Assembly: GCA_036785375.1 (NCBI GenBank) | Contig: JAWMAR010000015.1 | Coordinates: 6,696,001 to 6,760,000 of the forward strand | Length of the DNA stretch: 64,000 bases | Source: Leucoraja ocellata | Lineage: Eukaryota | Direction: 5' to 3' | Shown: piece by piece, positions 56,601-64,000 of the stretch | Layout of the letters: each line of letters opens with the position of its first letter | Position numbering within the stretch: the first letter of the stretch is position 1 | Made by a program: the position numbers and the translations under genes | Notes under the pieces: generated by a model | The model's database searches: none | Told to the model about the DNA's origin: nothing | What the model saw: the letters and a program-made list of their open reading frames with translations, nothing else

Positions 56601-59600
56601 ACCATCTCTACTTGACACCATCAATATATACCAGGATATGTGTACCGCTTTGCATCCTGAAGTCAATCACTATCTCCCTTGTCTTGCTGACATTGAGAGA
56701 AAGGTTGTTGTCCTGACACAAGGTTCCAACAAGGTTCTGAATCTCCTTCCTGTCCTCTGTCTCGTCATTATTTGATATAAGGCCCACTACGGTGATGTCC
56801 GCATATTTGTAAATTGAATTTGGTTTGTACTTGGTGAGTACCAGAATTATTGTTGAGGATAATTTGTCCCCTATCCTCACTGATTATGGTCTGTTGCCAG
56901 GACTTGAGGGCCTGGGCTGTAGCCAGATGTTGAGCAGACTAGGACTTTATTGCTTGGAGCGCAGGAGGATGAGGGGTGATCTTATAGATCATGAGAGGAG
57001 TAGATAGGATAAATCCACAGAGTTCTTTACCCAGAGTCAGGGAATCAAGAACCAGAGGTCATAAGGTTTAAGTTCAGAGGGGAAAAAATTATAGGATCCT
57101 GAGGTGCAGCTTTTACTTGAAGGTTGGAAGTTATATGGGATGAGCTGCTAGAAGAGGTATTGATAGGTAGATACTATCATAACGTTTAAAAAACATTTGG
57201 ACAGGTACATGGATAGGAAAGATTCAGAAGTATATGGGCCAAGCATAGGCAAGTGGGACGTGTAGATGGAGCATGTTGGTCGGCATGGGCAAGTTGGGCT
57301 GGAAGGAGTGTTTCCACACTGTATAACTCTATGTCAGGGAACTGCAGCTGCTGGAATCTTGCGTAGAACACAAGTGCCGGAGTAACTGAGTGGGTCAGGC
57401 AGCATCTCTGGAGGACATGGATAGGCAATGTTACTGATTAGGACCATTCTTCTGACTCGACCCCAAACTTCTCCTACCCATACCCTCCAGAGCTACTGCC
57501 TGACCTGCTGAATTATTCCAACACTCAAGGAAAAGATTGATGGTTTGGTGCAGGAAGGTTTGCGTAATAGAGGCATCCTGCTCCAATTATGCGCAGCCCT
57601 GCTGAGACACCGTGCAGAATGTTATGTATCCTTGTAACTCCCAAAGGGTGCTGCAAATGCTCGCTCACTCAACATATGCAGGACAGTTATTTTTAAATCG
57701 TAAGGAATCAAGGGATATGGAGTGAATGTGGGAATTGGCATTTGGGTAAAATAATTAGCCAGGACCTTGCTGAAGGAGGCCACATCGGGAACACTGGATG
57801 CAGTAGATGAGGATAGGCGAGGTGCACAAGAACTTCTGTCTCACCTGGAAGGACTGCTTGGGTCCCTAGATTGAGGTGAAGGAGGAGGTATCTGCCTCTT
57901 TGACGCCCCTCAAACTCAATTTGTCACATTCCCTCCTCTCCCGTTGTTCTTTCAGCTGCTTAATTACGATTCATAATATTTAAGTTCACTCTGCTGATGC
58001 TGACTGACTCGGTGTGTATTTCCAGTTTTTGCAGTTTTTAGAGTCAAATAAAGTCATACAGCATCTCCGGGTCACTAGTGCAATGAGGCATTGGCTCTAC
58101 GGGCTGGGCCACTAGGCCTCACTGTGTCCATTGTAAATATCTGCTTCTCACCCGCCTTCCTTCCCCCTCTCCCTCTAACTTTCAATATCTCTCGCCTTTG
58201 CCTGCTCTTTCTTGTACCTTTGCAATTCCTGCCCCTTCCTCACCTTTCACCACATTCTCTGTTCACCATCTCTGTGCCATTTTCTATTTCTTTCCTGTCT
58301 CTCAATCTGCACACCTTGACTGCAAGTTAAAACTGAGCAAGTGACTGCAGATGGATTTTAAAAGGAAGTAGGAGAGGTACATCAACTGGCAAAAGACAAG
58401 AATTTAAAACGGGACAAGGTGCAGCAAATAGACAATAATGTGCGGTTACTGCATTTTTCTAAACTAATGTCTGTCTGATATGTTTAGATGGATCCATACC
58501 AACACACCAAGTGCTTTCAGAGAACAGAGCAGATCTTCAGGTACCTTCTGTCAACTCGAGGAGAGAACAACCAGAGGTACAGTAAACGCGCTTGTGGTGC
58601 TTTGGGTGAAATGTCTTGGAATGGAGCTCTGCGTAATGTGGGTGATCTCACTAGGTGGGGGTTTGTGGAAGATTGGGAGAGTTTTGGGTATATTGATAAT
58701 GTGGCCAGGGATGAGGCTTTGGGAGATCTGGTTAGGTGTGGGTCACTGGGGGTCTGGTTAGGTGTGGGTCACTGGGGGTCTAGTTAGGTGTGGATCTCTG
58801 GGGGTCTGGTTAGGTGTGGGTCACTGCAGTTCTGGTTAGGTTTGGTGATCTGGAATGATTCTTCTGGCTTCCATAACATGTCTGCTGTACATGGAGTTGA
58901 CTTGGAAGATGCTCCAAATAGCCCTCCACAACTCAACATCATTGCAGTCAGAAAGACAGGTTTACCCTTACTGTGGACTTGCTGAAGGCGCAGCATATGC
59001 ATTCGAGCCTGCGTCCAACAGGGTGAAGAGAGGCGCTCCGTGTCAGACAGTGGCTGCAGTAAACTTGCCGCCTTCCCTGTTGTACAATCTGGAAACTCGG
59101 GCCACTTCGGGGCAATTTCTGGCCACGCGTCTGTGCATTCATAACTAGTCCGTGCTCTGTGTGAGTTTAAAATATCTAATTTATTTTCCCTTCAATCAGA
59201 TCGATAAACACAGTCCTTCCACAAAACTATTTTCATCGGAAAGGAGAGGTGAGCAGTCGCAGGAAAAGCCCAGCTCTCTTTCCACGCTCTCTCCAGTACG
59301 GCAGCAGTCTCTGTTCTTCCCAGAAATGTCTTTGCCCTGTTCACCAGTGGAATGCAAGCCAGCAGCCACCCCTCCTGCCATCTGCTGCCAGCCCCTGACA
59401 TCGCCCCCAGCAGGCAGCCCCGTCACTGCCAAGTCCCCGGTGAAGTCGCAGCCACTCTCCTTAGTCCAGACCTCCACCCCCATCACCGAACCCGGCAGGG
59501 AGTGGCTACGCGGTGGAGGGATCAAGGCAAAGGGCCCTCTGCAGGGGGTGGACAAACCGGCCAGGAAAGACCCTGTGGACGAGTTCTGGCTGAGGAGCAA

Positions 59601-62600
59601 TGAGATGAGGAGAAATCTGGGAGTCAGTGCTCTGGAGAGAACCAGCGGCTCGGAAACCAGCTTCACCTTGTCCACCACGGGGTCGGCATCCCCTCAGTCC
59701 TTCACGCCGGAGGAGATGTTTGACGAATGCACATCCAGCCCCCAGCCACTCTCGGGGACGCCCATTGCACCCATGGTGGGAGGGCAGCTGGTTCCATCCC
59801 CCACCCTCAGCCCATCCATCGGGCTGGATCCCAAGACCTCAGACAGTGGGCAAAGGGACCTGACCAGCACCTCGGGGCTGGGCCTGAATGGGAGCATGAG
59901 CAACACCAGGACTGCTGCCAGTGAGAGCCTCAACAACTCGGACACTATGTTAACACCTCCCTCCAGCCCGCCCCCACCTCCCCCTGCTGGCGAGGAGCCC
60001 GCCACCCTCCGCCGGAAGAAGCAGCAGGGCCCCAGGACACGGCCTGCTGAGCAAGGCCCTGCTGCCCAGCCCGCCTCAGGCTCGCAGTCGGCAGGCGTGA
60101 GGAAGTCGCTGGTGGAGAGCCTGGATGAGATTCCCTTTGCGGACGACGTTGAGGACACGTACGATGACCGGACGCCCGACGCCAGCATCCAGGAGCGGTT
60201 CTACACGCCGGCCGGCAGCCTGGAGAAACCCGGGCAGCTGAACCTGGCCCCCGTCAAAGACACGCTGCCCCCGAGCGGGAAACGGCGGCCCCTCACCCAG
60301 ATCTCCCCCGAGGCCAAGGAGATCGCCAAAGAGAGGATGAGGGCCCGCGAGAAGTCAGTCAAGAGCCAGGCTCTCCGAGACGCCATGGCCAAGGAGCTGA
60401 GGAAGATGAAGGAAATGGAAGCGGCAGAAGGGTCCCCAGCCCGTCCTCCGATAGCCCAGGTGGCCGAGGCGCCGGCTCCCCTCGCTGCCAAGTTAATCGA
60501 TGGGGACCCGCCGCAGCAGGAGGTGGTGGTGGAGAAGCCGTTACCTGTACCGGCACCGGCACAGGACCTCAGTCTGGAGGGATCAGGAGCCTCCTCCGAG
60601 GGTTCTGCCAGCAAGAACAAGAAGAGAACCTCCCTCTTCTCCCCCCGCAAGAGCAAAAAGGAGAAAAAGTCCAAGACTGAGAGCAGCCTGACCGAGGAGA
60701 GCACCAAGCCCAGGTCCATCTGGAAATCCGTCTTCTCCAGTTACCGGAGGGACAGAAAGAAGAAGGAGGAGAAGACGTGCCCCAGCACCCCGTCCAGCGG
60801 TAACACCGTCAACTCCAGCACCAGGCGCAGCACTGACATCCTCCGCACCGCAGTCGGTAGGATACGGACATGCACTGCCCAAAGCACCGCGCACTCACCG
60901 TTAAACTGCCCCACACATCGCGCACTCGCCCTCAAACACTGCCCACACACCACACTCACCCACAAACACTGGCCCCTAGCATAATGCCGTCTCACCTCGA
61001 CAAGCCTCCAATATCCTCACTCTCCCTCTCTGTCCCCAATACCCTCACACTTCTCTGCACCTCCAATTTTGTTTCTTGGGGTGGGAGGTGCTCACCATAT
61101 AGCACTCTATGCCCAACTGTTGCCGCGTTTGACCCTCACAAGTGCAAATCATTTAATTACAGTGCAATAAACAAAGCATTTTTTTTGCTTAACTCTGGAA
61201 AAACTTCACCAGAAATAGCCGTCAACTTTTCCCCTTTGCCTACTCCCCCTTACTGAGCCTACTTTACATCCAGCGGTCGATTTCATTAAACTCCATGGAC
61301 TTTCAATTTTCCGATAAGCCTGCCAGATGGCAAATACGTTGAATGCATTTCCCTCCACGATGACTTTTCTTGTTTCCATCCTCAAAAGTTTTAATTGAAT
61401 TAGTTGGACCCAGCCTTCACTTAACATGCGGACTAACCGTGATTAATCTTGTCCACCTTAATGACATTTAATGCAGTTCTGCTCATTTTTCCAATGATTT
61501 AACAATGATTGATCATACACATTCTGGCAACTAATTTTTCTGTGTAACCGTCTTCCACCTTTTAAGCAACAACACATTCTTCAATGTGCCATTACTGTGT
61601 GGGGAGTGAAATGTGTCTAAACAATCTCAAGCCTTTCCTTATTCACTGTTCCTGGGCCAGGGGATGGCATTATAAGACTCTCTCTCTGGGCACATTGGTG
61701 CACCAGAGTTGGGGAAGATATACTTCACCTCTGAGTGTTATGCATGAATATAGAACAGTGCAGCAAACGAACAGGCCCTTCAGCCCACAATGTCCATCCA
61801 AAACATGATGCCACGGTAAATGATGCCATAGCGACTTGAACTGCACGCAATGCACCAAATGTGGCCTCACCATAGTGGTAAAAAGCTGCAACTTGACTTC
61901 CTGGCTCTTGTACTCAATGTCCTGAATAATGAAGCCAAGCATACCATCTGAGGAAGGGTCTTGACCCGAAACGTCACCCATTCCTTCCCTCCAGAGATGC
62001 TGCCTGTCCCGTTGAGTTACTCCAGCATTTTTGGTTTAAACCAGCAACTGTAGTTCCTTCATACACATACCTTCTTTGACAATCTATCTACCTGTGTTGC
62101 CACTTTCAGGGTGCTATGATCTTGGATCCCAAGTTCCTTCTGTGCATTGATGTTGTTAAGGATCCTGCCATTGCAAGAATTAAATTAGGACCTTCCCTAA
62201 ATACTATCATAATACAAGGGTGGTGATCTACATGGGGTTTCTCTGCATACTATCGCTGTAGAACTGTGGGTTTGGGTGAGTAAATGCTGCATGAAGGTTC
62301 TCACTCTGAGATCTGGGGGTGCAAGGTATGCAGGATATTTGGACACTATCACTGTATGGGAGATGGATATACAAGACATTTTGCCACTGCACAAGGGACA
62401 TATGGGATATATGTGAGCTCCTTTAGTTCCATCACTCCAAGGGACTGGGTGTCCTGACCTTGTGTGGACCTTCATTGTTCAACCTATTTCAGGGACACGG
62501 TTCTCATGTGGTTGTTTGTTGCAGGACTCCAATTCCGTCAACACCTGAGTTTCTCGGAGGATTCGGACTTGTCCAGTGACGATATACTTGAGAGGACCTC

Positions 62601-63612
62601 ACAGCGCTCCAGGCGAGAGGTACCCAGGCACTGCTTTTTGTGTGGGGTGGGTGGGTGTGTGTGCATGTGTGCGCGCGTGCGTGTGTGTGTGTGTGTGTGT
62701 GTGTGCGTGCCGACTGGGTTTTCCATTTGGCTTCTGGGTCTGTGCTGAGCTAGGCTGGGCCAATTAAAGTGGGATGGAATCTGTAAATATATTGGGGGGA
62801 AGAAGTCAGTCAGGGATCTCACTGGTGAAGATTGTTTTCAAAGCAGTTTGGTTCAGATGTAGGATTGTGCTTGGTCTTCTCATTAGGATTGTAAATGAGA
62901 TCAGGATTGGGTATCGAAGTGTGATTATGATTGCGTTCAGGTTGAGGATTGTCTTGGATAGTACAGGGTGTACAGGATTCAGGTGTGTTGTATTTGAGGA
63001 GTCCGAGTACACAGGGATAGAAGGGTCCAAGCAAACATGCACAAGGACCTGGGTAGAGTGATAAATAGATCCATGAGCTCCGAGATAGAATAAGAATAGA
63101 AATAGAATTATCCCCGAGAGAGAATTATCTCTGTTTGCAGAAGAACAGGTGTGCGAGTGCACTTTGCTTCAAGTACATTGTGGGAAAGGGGTCCAAATCT
63201 ACGGGTAAAAAGGTCCAAGGCGATAGTTAAACTACACTGCGGTAAATACATGCATGCTCAATTGTAGGGTGTGAAAGGGAATGGAGCAGAAAGGATCTAA
63301 GGGTACGTCAATCAATGTCTACAGCAGTGTAGGAGAACTGTACAAGAGTGGATATATTCAACTGAACAGGTGATAGAGAGGTGTGTTTGCACAGTTTCAG
63401 AAGCACTGATTGTATTGTATTGATTGGTTGGTGAGCGTCAATATGAAGACAAAATGTGTTTTTTTTTTACTTCTACATCATAGTGCCAGTTTATCTTTGT
63501 TACTGTGACCTATTTTCAATCTGTTCCTTTCTAAGTTGTTTTATTTTTCTTCCTTCTTGAGACTGTCTATGTTCCTCATGCTCTGGCATTCAGGAGATCA
63601 TACACGTTGAAG
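421..63612 (+). CDS. MICAL3: MICAL3-type [F-actin]-monooxygenase gene, partial. This is the span of the exon chain; individual exons are listed below.
   Basis: Exons chain with compatible phases and no stops. Diagnostic motifs include the LIM domain, [69 protein letters not shown] and [13 protein letters not shown]. Confidence 0.93.
2245..3103 (+). mobile_element. CR1-clade LINE, degenerate 3' portion
   Basis: ORF 2479-2916 encodes [16 protein letters not shown]...RTRGHSLRI...VVNLWNS, the CR1 ORF2 C-terminus. The 3' tail is gggccaaatggcctaattctgctcct. Confidence 0.9.
4590..5060 (-). mobile_element. CR1 LINE 3' remnant
   Basis: Minus-strand ORF reads [10 protein letters not shown]...IIKLERV. 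Confidence 0.8.
5359..5466 (+). CDS. MICAL3: MICAL3 exon, 108 nt ([36 protein letters not shown])
   Basis: ctctttag acceptor and CAG|gtagag donor. Resembles the MICAL2/3 NKVKxMAxQLLAKFEEN...GIRRQ linker. Confidence 0.8.
6930..8180 (+). mobile_element. Tandem degenerate CR1 3' remnants
   Basis: ctggagtattgtgtttagttttggtcacc, aggaggctgaggggtga and acacagagggtggtaggtatatgg motifs. Confidence 0.8.
11065..11148 (+). CDS. MICAL3: MICAL3 candidate cassette exon, 84 nt ([28 protein letters not shown])
   Basis: Pyrimidine tract plus tcacag acceptor, with an in-frame alternative acceptor at 11085; CAG|gtaaac donor. Ends PxWKQ, as I recall for a MICAL3 alternative exon. Confidence 0.75.
11539..11625 (+). 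CDS. MICAL3: MICAL3 candidate cassette exon, 87 nt ([29 protein letters not shown])
   Basis: ctaac branch-like motif, pyrimidine tract, gaag acceptor and CAG|gtgatg donor. The CPK-x-x-V-x-L-P-rich pattern recalls a MICAL3 alternative exon. Confidence 0.6.
12421..12507 (+). CDS. MICAL3: MICAL3 candidate cassette exon, 87 nt ([29 protein letters not shown])
   Basis: ttgttcttcag acceptor, CAG|gtatgg donor, open phase 0-0. Confidence 0.55.
13600..14770 (+). mobile_element. Very degenerate non-LTR (APE-RT) LINE remnant; related pieces at about 37580-37900 (+) and 44990-46400 (-)
   Basis: cacagacttgtcaagcaacaacc and ttcaaggcagctcacc-like motifs of a common chondrichthyan LINE. No intact ORF. Confidence 0.45.
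14940..15066 (+). mobile_element. Short Penelope-derived element with a hammerhead-like core, flanked by a 12-bp direct repeat
   Basis: CTGATGA-agggtttcggtct-GAAACGTT core. ATTATGTTAGTC occurs at 14928-14939 and 15067-15078. Confidence 0.7.
15151..15234 (+). CDS. MICAL3: Possible cassette exon, 84 nt ([28 protein letters not shown])
   Basis: tattattcag acceptor, TCA|gtgagg donor, frame-neutral. ACTAAT (15331) and TGCATG (15358) lie downstream. Support is weak. Confidence 0.3.
15690..15797 (+). CDS. MICAL3: MICAL3 exon, 108 nt ([36 protein letters not shown])
   Basis: Long pyrimidine tract, attag acceptor, TGG|gtaagc donor. Matches the TGGVSSLAEQIA motif I recall from long MICAL3 isoforms. 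Confidence 0.85.
17748..18142 (-). mobile_element. Penelope-like element 3'/pLTR fragment
   Basis: Shares the agatgctgcctg...ccagcattttgtgtc module and the end of the endonuclease coding region (agcttacaccccagtgatatgaacattg on the minus strand). Confidence 0.7.
18310..18499 (+). CDS. MICAL3: MICAL3 LIM domain exon 1 (HSTKRKEF...CYFC...[10 protein letters not shown]...NPEN)
   Basis: tctttgcag acceptor, G|gtaaga donor and the canonical LIM Cys/His pattern. Confidence 0.97.
18933..19229 (+). mobile_element. HE1-like tRNA-derived V-SINE, near full length
   Basis: A box tggcgctgcggtag, B box ggttcgatcc, V-domain ggagtttgtacattctcccc, CR1-type tail with (ctaaa)n. Confidence 0.9.
19830..19912 (+). 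CDS. MICAL3: MICAL3 LIM domain exon 2 ([28 protein letters not shown])
   Basis: ttttccag acceptor and CAG|gtacca donor. Phase 1-0 fits, and it supplies the last C-x2-H zinc ligands. Confidence 0.95.
19982..21620 (+). mobile_element. CR1 RT fragment split by a nested LINE
   Basis: [22 protein letters not shown] (to 20158) resumes as [27 protein letters not shown] (from 21452). Confidence 0.88.
20159..21451 (-). mobile_element. Rex1/Babar-clade LINE, 5'-truncated
   Basis: LDPLQFAY...[18 protein letters not shown] and [22 protein letters not shown] is repeated at 20153-20158 and 21452-21457. Confidence 0.88.
21625..22880 (-). mobile_element. Older Rex1/Babar-like LINE remnant
   Basis: Fragments [21 protein letters not shown] and [13 protein letters not shown]. 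Confidence 0.75.
22942..23460 (-). mobile_element. Unclassified CpG-rich non-autonomous retroelement with a LINE-type 3' tail
   Basis: Minus-strand tail ...gaatttcactgtgacttgtcacatgtgaccatgaagtattcaattcatt resembles the Rex1-type tails in this window. It interrupts a minisatellite. Confidence 0.5.
23461..24172. repeat. Degenerate ~27-bp minisatellite (ggtcactgtgttcccagtgccgtgtac)
   Basis: More than 20 diverged units; further units at 22887-22941. Confidence 0.85.
24213..24297 (+). CDS. MICAL3: MICAL3 exon, 85 nt ([28 protein letters not shown])
   Basis: Strong ctccctcctgcag acceptor and CAG|gtagtt donor. Provides the required phase 0-1 bridge. Confidence 0.8.
25059..25290. mobile_element. 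Inverted pair of Penelope-derived modules (hairpin)
   Basis: 25059-25129 is nearly the reverse complement of about 25179-25250. Confidence 0.8.
26635..27600 (-). mobile_element. Penelope-like retroelement remnant (GIY-YIG endonuclease region)
   Basis: Minus-strand translation CPFTSSL...[20 protein letters not shown] resembles the PLE Cys linker and endonuclease start. Confidence 0.65.
27681..28062. mobile_element. PIF/Harbinger-type MITE, fold-back, TAA target duplication
   Basis: TIR AGGGCCTGTCCCAC / GTGGGACAGGCCCT, TAA on both sides, and about 158-bp inverted arms. Confidence 0.9.
28280..30870. repeat. Purine-rich low-complexity tracts (28280-29230 and 30020-30870) separated by a minus-strand CR1 remnant (about 29350-30000)
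   Basis: Strong G/A bias with ggag/gggaac motifs; CR1 3' motifs lie between the tracts. Confidence 0.75.
32870..33038 (+). CDS. MICAL3: MICAL3 exon ([19 protein letters not shown]...[14 protein letters not shown]...)
   Basis: gtgacag acceptor, AG|gtcagt donor, highly conserved motif, phase 1-2. Confidence 0.96.
33475..34175 (-). mobile_element. Nested CR1 3' remnants
   Basis: Minus-strand ORF reads [20 protein letters not shown]...[10 protein letters not shown]. Confidence 0.85.
34821..35044 (+). CDS. MICAL3: MICAL3 acidic exon ([22 protein letters not shown]...GVPWRKA...)
   Basis: Phase 2-1 with G|gtgagt donor. The acceptor is ambiguous among in-frame AGs ending at 34814, 34820 and 34823. 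Confidence 0.92.
38645..38928 (-). mobile_element. HE1-like V-SINE
   Basis: Reverse complement of the 18933 element, with a (tttag)n tail. Confidence 0.9.
40813..40864. repeat. (GT)n microsatellite, preceded by degenerate GT-rich sequence from about 40515
   Basis: Directly visible. Confidence 0.95.
40903..40992 (+). CDS. MICAL3: MICAL3 candidate cassette exon, 90 nt ([30 protein letters not shown])
   Basis: Pyrimidine tract plus gaag acceptor, G|gtatct donor, phase 1-1. The YCPWExELQxGLW motif is recalled from fish MICAL3 isoforms. Confidence 0.82.
41782..41867. repeat. (CA)n microsatellite, with poly-C at 41622-41653 nearby
   Basis: Directly visible. Confidence 0.95.
43626..43751 (+). CDS. 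MICAL3: MICAL3 exon, 126 nt ([30 protein letters not shown]...PDPE)
   Basis: gagcag acceptor after a long AG-free pyrimidine zone, G|gtacgg donor and the conserved [14 protein letters not shown] motif. Confidence 0.92.
43880..44185. repeat. Degenerate ~29-bp minisatellite (gcactgggaccgcatgtgggagggggtca)
   Basis: About 10 diverged units. Confidence 0.8.
46563..46780 (+). mobile_element. tRNA-derived CORE-type SINE with an L2-type tail, nested in an older V-SINE
   Basis: A box tggcgcaatgg, B box ggttcgaatcc, core gttgtgtccttggggcaagacacttcaccc, tail gtgaagcactttg...gctatataaata(tta)n. Confidence 0.8.
46993..47282 (+). mobile_element. HE1-like V-SINE inserted in a Penelope-derived module
   Basis: Full SINE body. 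The host sequence ccagagatgctg resumes as gctgcctgacctgctgag at about 47297. Confidence 0.9.
47510..47950. repeat. Degenerate minisatellite (tggcattgtgcgcctgttc)
   Basis: Repeated diverged units. Confidence 0.7.
49584..49646 (+). CDS. MICAL3: MICAL3 exon, 63 nt ([21 protein letters not shown])
   Basis: cattccag acceptor, G|gtatgc donor, phase 1-1, acidic sequence. Confidence 0.7.
50974..51336. mobile_element. PIF/Harbinger-type MITE, second subfamily, CpG-rich
   Basis: Same 14-bp TIR with about 50-bp extended inverted arms. Flanks are TAA and TCA. Confidence 0.88.
52680..53115. mobile_element. PIF/Harbinger-type MITE, third subfamily; only the right TIR is seen
   Basis: GTGGGACAGGCCCT followed by TTA at 53102-53118, and internal ttttctgcatgttgaaaa. 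The left boundary is approximate. Confidence 0.7.
53209..53316 (+). CDS. MICAL3: MICAL3 exon, 108 nt ([36 protein letters not shown])
   Basis: gttgacag acceptor and A|gtaagt donor. Resembles MICAL3 DxPSDA...ELELRVSEDEE. Confidence 0.85.
53600..53915 (-). mobile_element. Penelope GIY-YIG C-terminal remnant
   Basis: [35 protein letters not shown]. Confidence 0.75.
54502..54793 (-). mobile_element. HE1-like V-SINE
   Basis: Reverse complement of the 46993 element. Confidence 0.9.
55965..56892 (-). mobile_element. Rex1/Babar-clade LINE, 5'-truncated
   Basis: [19 protein letters not shown]...[18 protein letters not shown], with the same 3' end as the 20159 copy. Confidence 0.88.
58488..58540 (+). 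CDS. MICAL3: MICAL3 bridging exon, 53 nt ([18 protein letters not shown]), or 89 nt with the donor at 58576
   Basis: actaat branch point, gtttag acceptor, CAG|gtacct donor. A phase 1-0 exon is required between 53316 and 59200, and this one fits. Confidence 0.65.
58640..58852. repeat. 27-bp tandem repeat (ggtctggttaggtgtgggtcactgggg)
   Basis: Four to five near-perfect units plus decayed ones. Confidence 0.88.
59200..60856 (+). CDS. MICAL3: MICAL3 large Pro/Ser-rich exon (1657 nt)
   Basis: Lies inside ORF 59152-60984, with ttcaatcag acceptor and G|gtagga donor. Motifs: [76 protein letters not shown]. Confidence 0.97.
61946..62065 (+). mobile_element. Short Penelope-derived element with a hammerhead-like core, inserted in a minus-strand CR1
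   Basis: CTGAGGA-agggtcttgaccc-GAAACGTC core. CATACC occurs at 61940-61945 and 62066-62071. Confidence 0.7.
62525..62619 (+). CDS. MICAL3: MICAL3 exon ([32 protein letters not shown])
   Basis: ttgttgcag acceptor, GAG|gtaccc donor, conserved motif, phase 1-0. Confidence 0.95.
63562..63612 (+). CDS. MICAL3: MICAL3 51-nt micro-cassette exon ([17 protein letters not shown])
   Basis: Long T-rich tract, cttgag acceptor, AAG|gtagag donor. The [10 protein letters not shown] motif is recalled from vertebrate MICAL3 isoforms. Confidence 0.8.
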
Positions 63613-64000
63613 GTAGAGTGCTGTACACTGATGCTGAGTGGCTGCAATGCCGGCAACACTGTGAATCAATGGTTTTCCTCCATAAATGGAGAAGGGAGGG
63701 AGGGCACTTCTCATTGATGAATGGTGTGGGTTTGAGGGTGTGCGGCCCCATTAGTGTTAATTGGAGATTGAGAGAAGGCGGTTTCATCCTGCGCTGTGCA
63801 GGGGATTAGATTCAGTCAGTTTGAGGAGGGGGGTTAATCCTTTCAATCCAGTTAATCCTTTTCTGTAGCTCAGCTCCAAGGCATTGACTCAAAGTCTTTT
63901 CTCATGGCAGTTGTCCTTGTCTTCTTACTGTCTGCCCCACTGCTGTAGTGATTCACGTAATGGATAAAGCACAAAAATTTAGTCCATATTGACTCAATGG

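Larger units (their letters stand above)
54430..57332 (+). mobile_element. Degenerate CR1 LINE hosting two nested insertions
   Basis: CR1 endonuclease, RT and 3' motifs continue across the 54502-54793 and 55965-56892 insertions. Confidence 0.75.

Noticed and set aside
59152-60984. 610-aa ORF as a standalone gene, and its antisense ORFs
   Set aside because: It is an internal MICAL3 exon (59200-60856). The ORF ends are intronic, and the antisense ORFs are shadows of GC-rich coding sequence.

Overview
This window is vertebrate genomic DNA, very probably from a cartilaginous fish (skate/ray-like), judged from the HE1/HER1-type SINE and CR1 repeat content. The whole window lies inside one + strand gene, a MICAL3-type F-actin monooxygenase. 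I can thread about 20 GT-AG exons in one consistent reading frame, from the CH-LIM linker through the LIM domain, the acidic region and the 1.66-kb Pro/Ser-rich exon to just before the C-terminal bMERB coiled coil. The monooxygenase, CH and bMERB exons lie outside the window. Introns are filled with CR1 and Rex1/Babar LINE remnants, V-SINEs, Penelope-derived elements, PIF/Harbinger-type MITEs and degenerate minisatellites. The most notable signals are: short Penelope-derived units carrying a hammerhead-ribozyme-like core with covarying helix II; two blocks of frame-neutral candidate cassette exons; a 90-nt exon bracketed by complementary (GT)n and (CA)n tracts; a fold-back MITE family; and a teleost-like CORE-type SINE. 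All homology statements come from my recollection of these families, not from a database search. There are no prokaryotic features.
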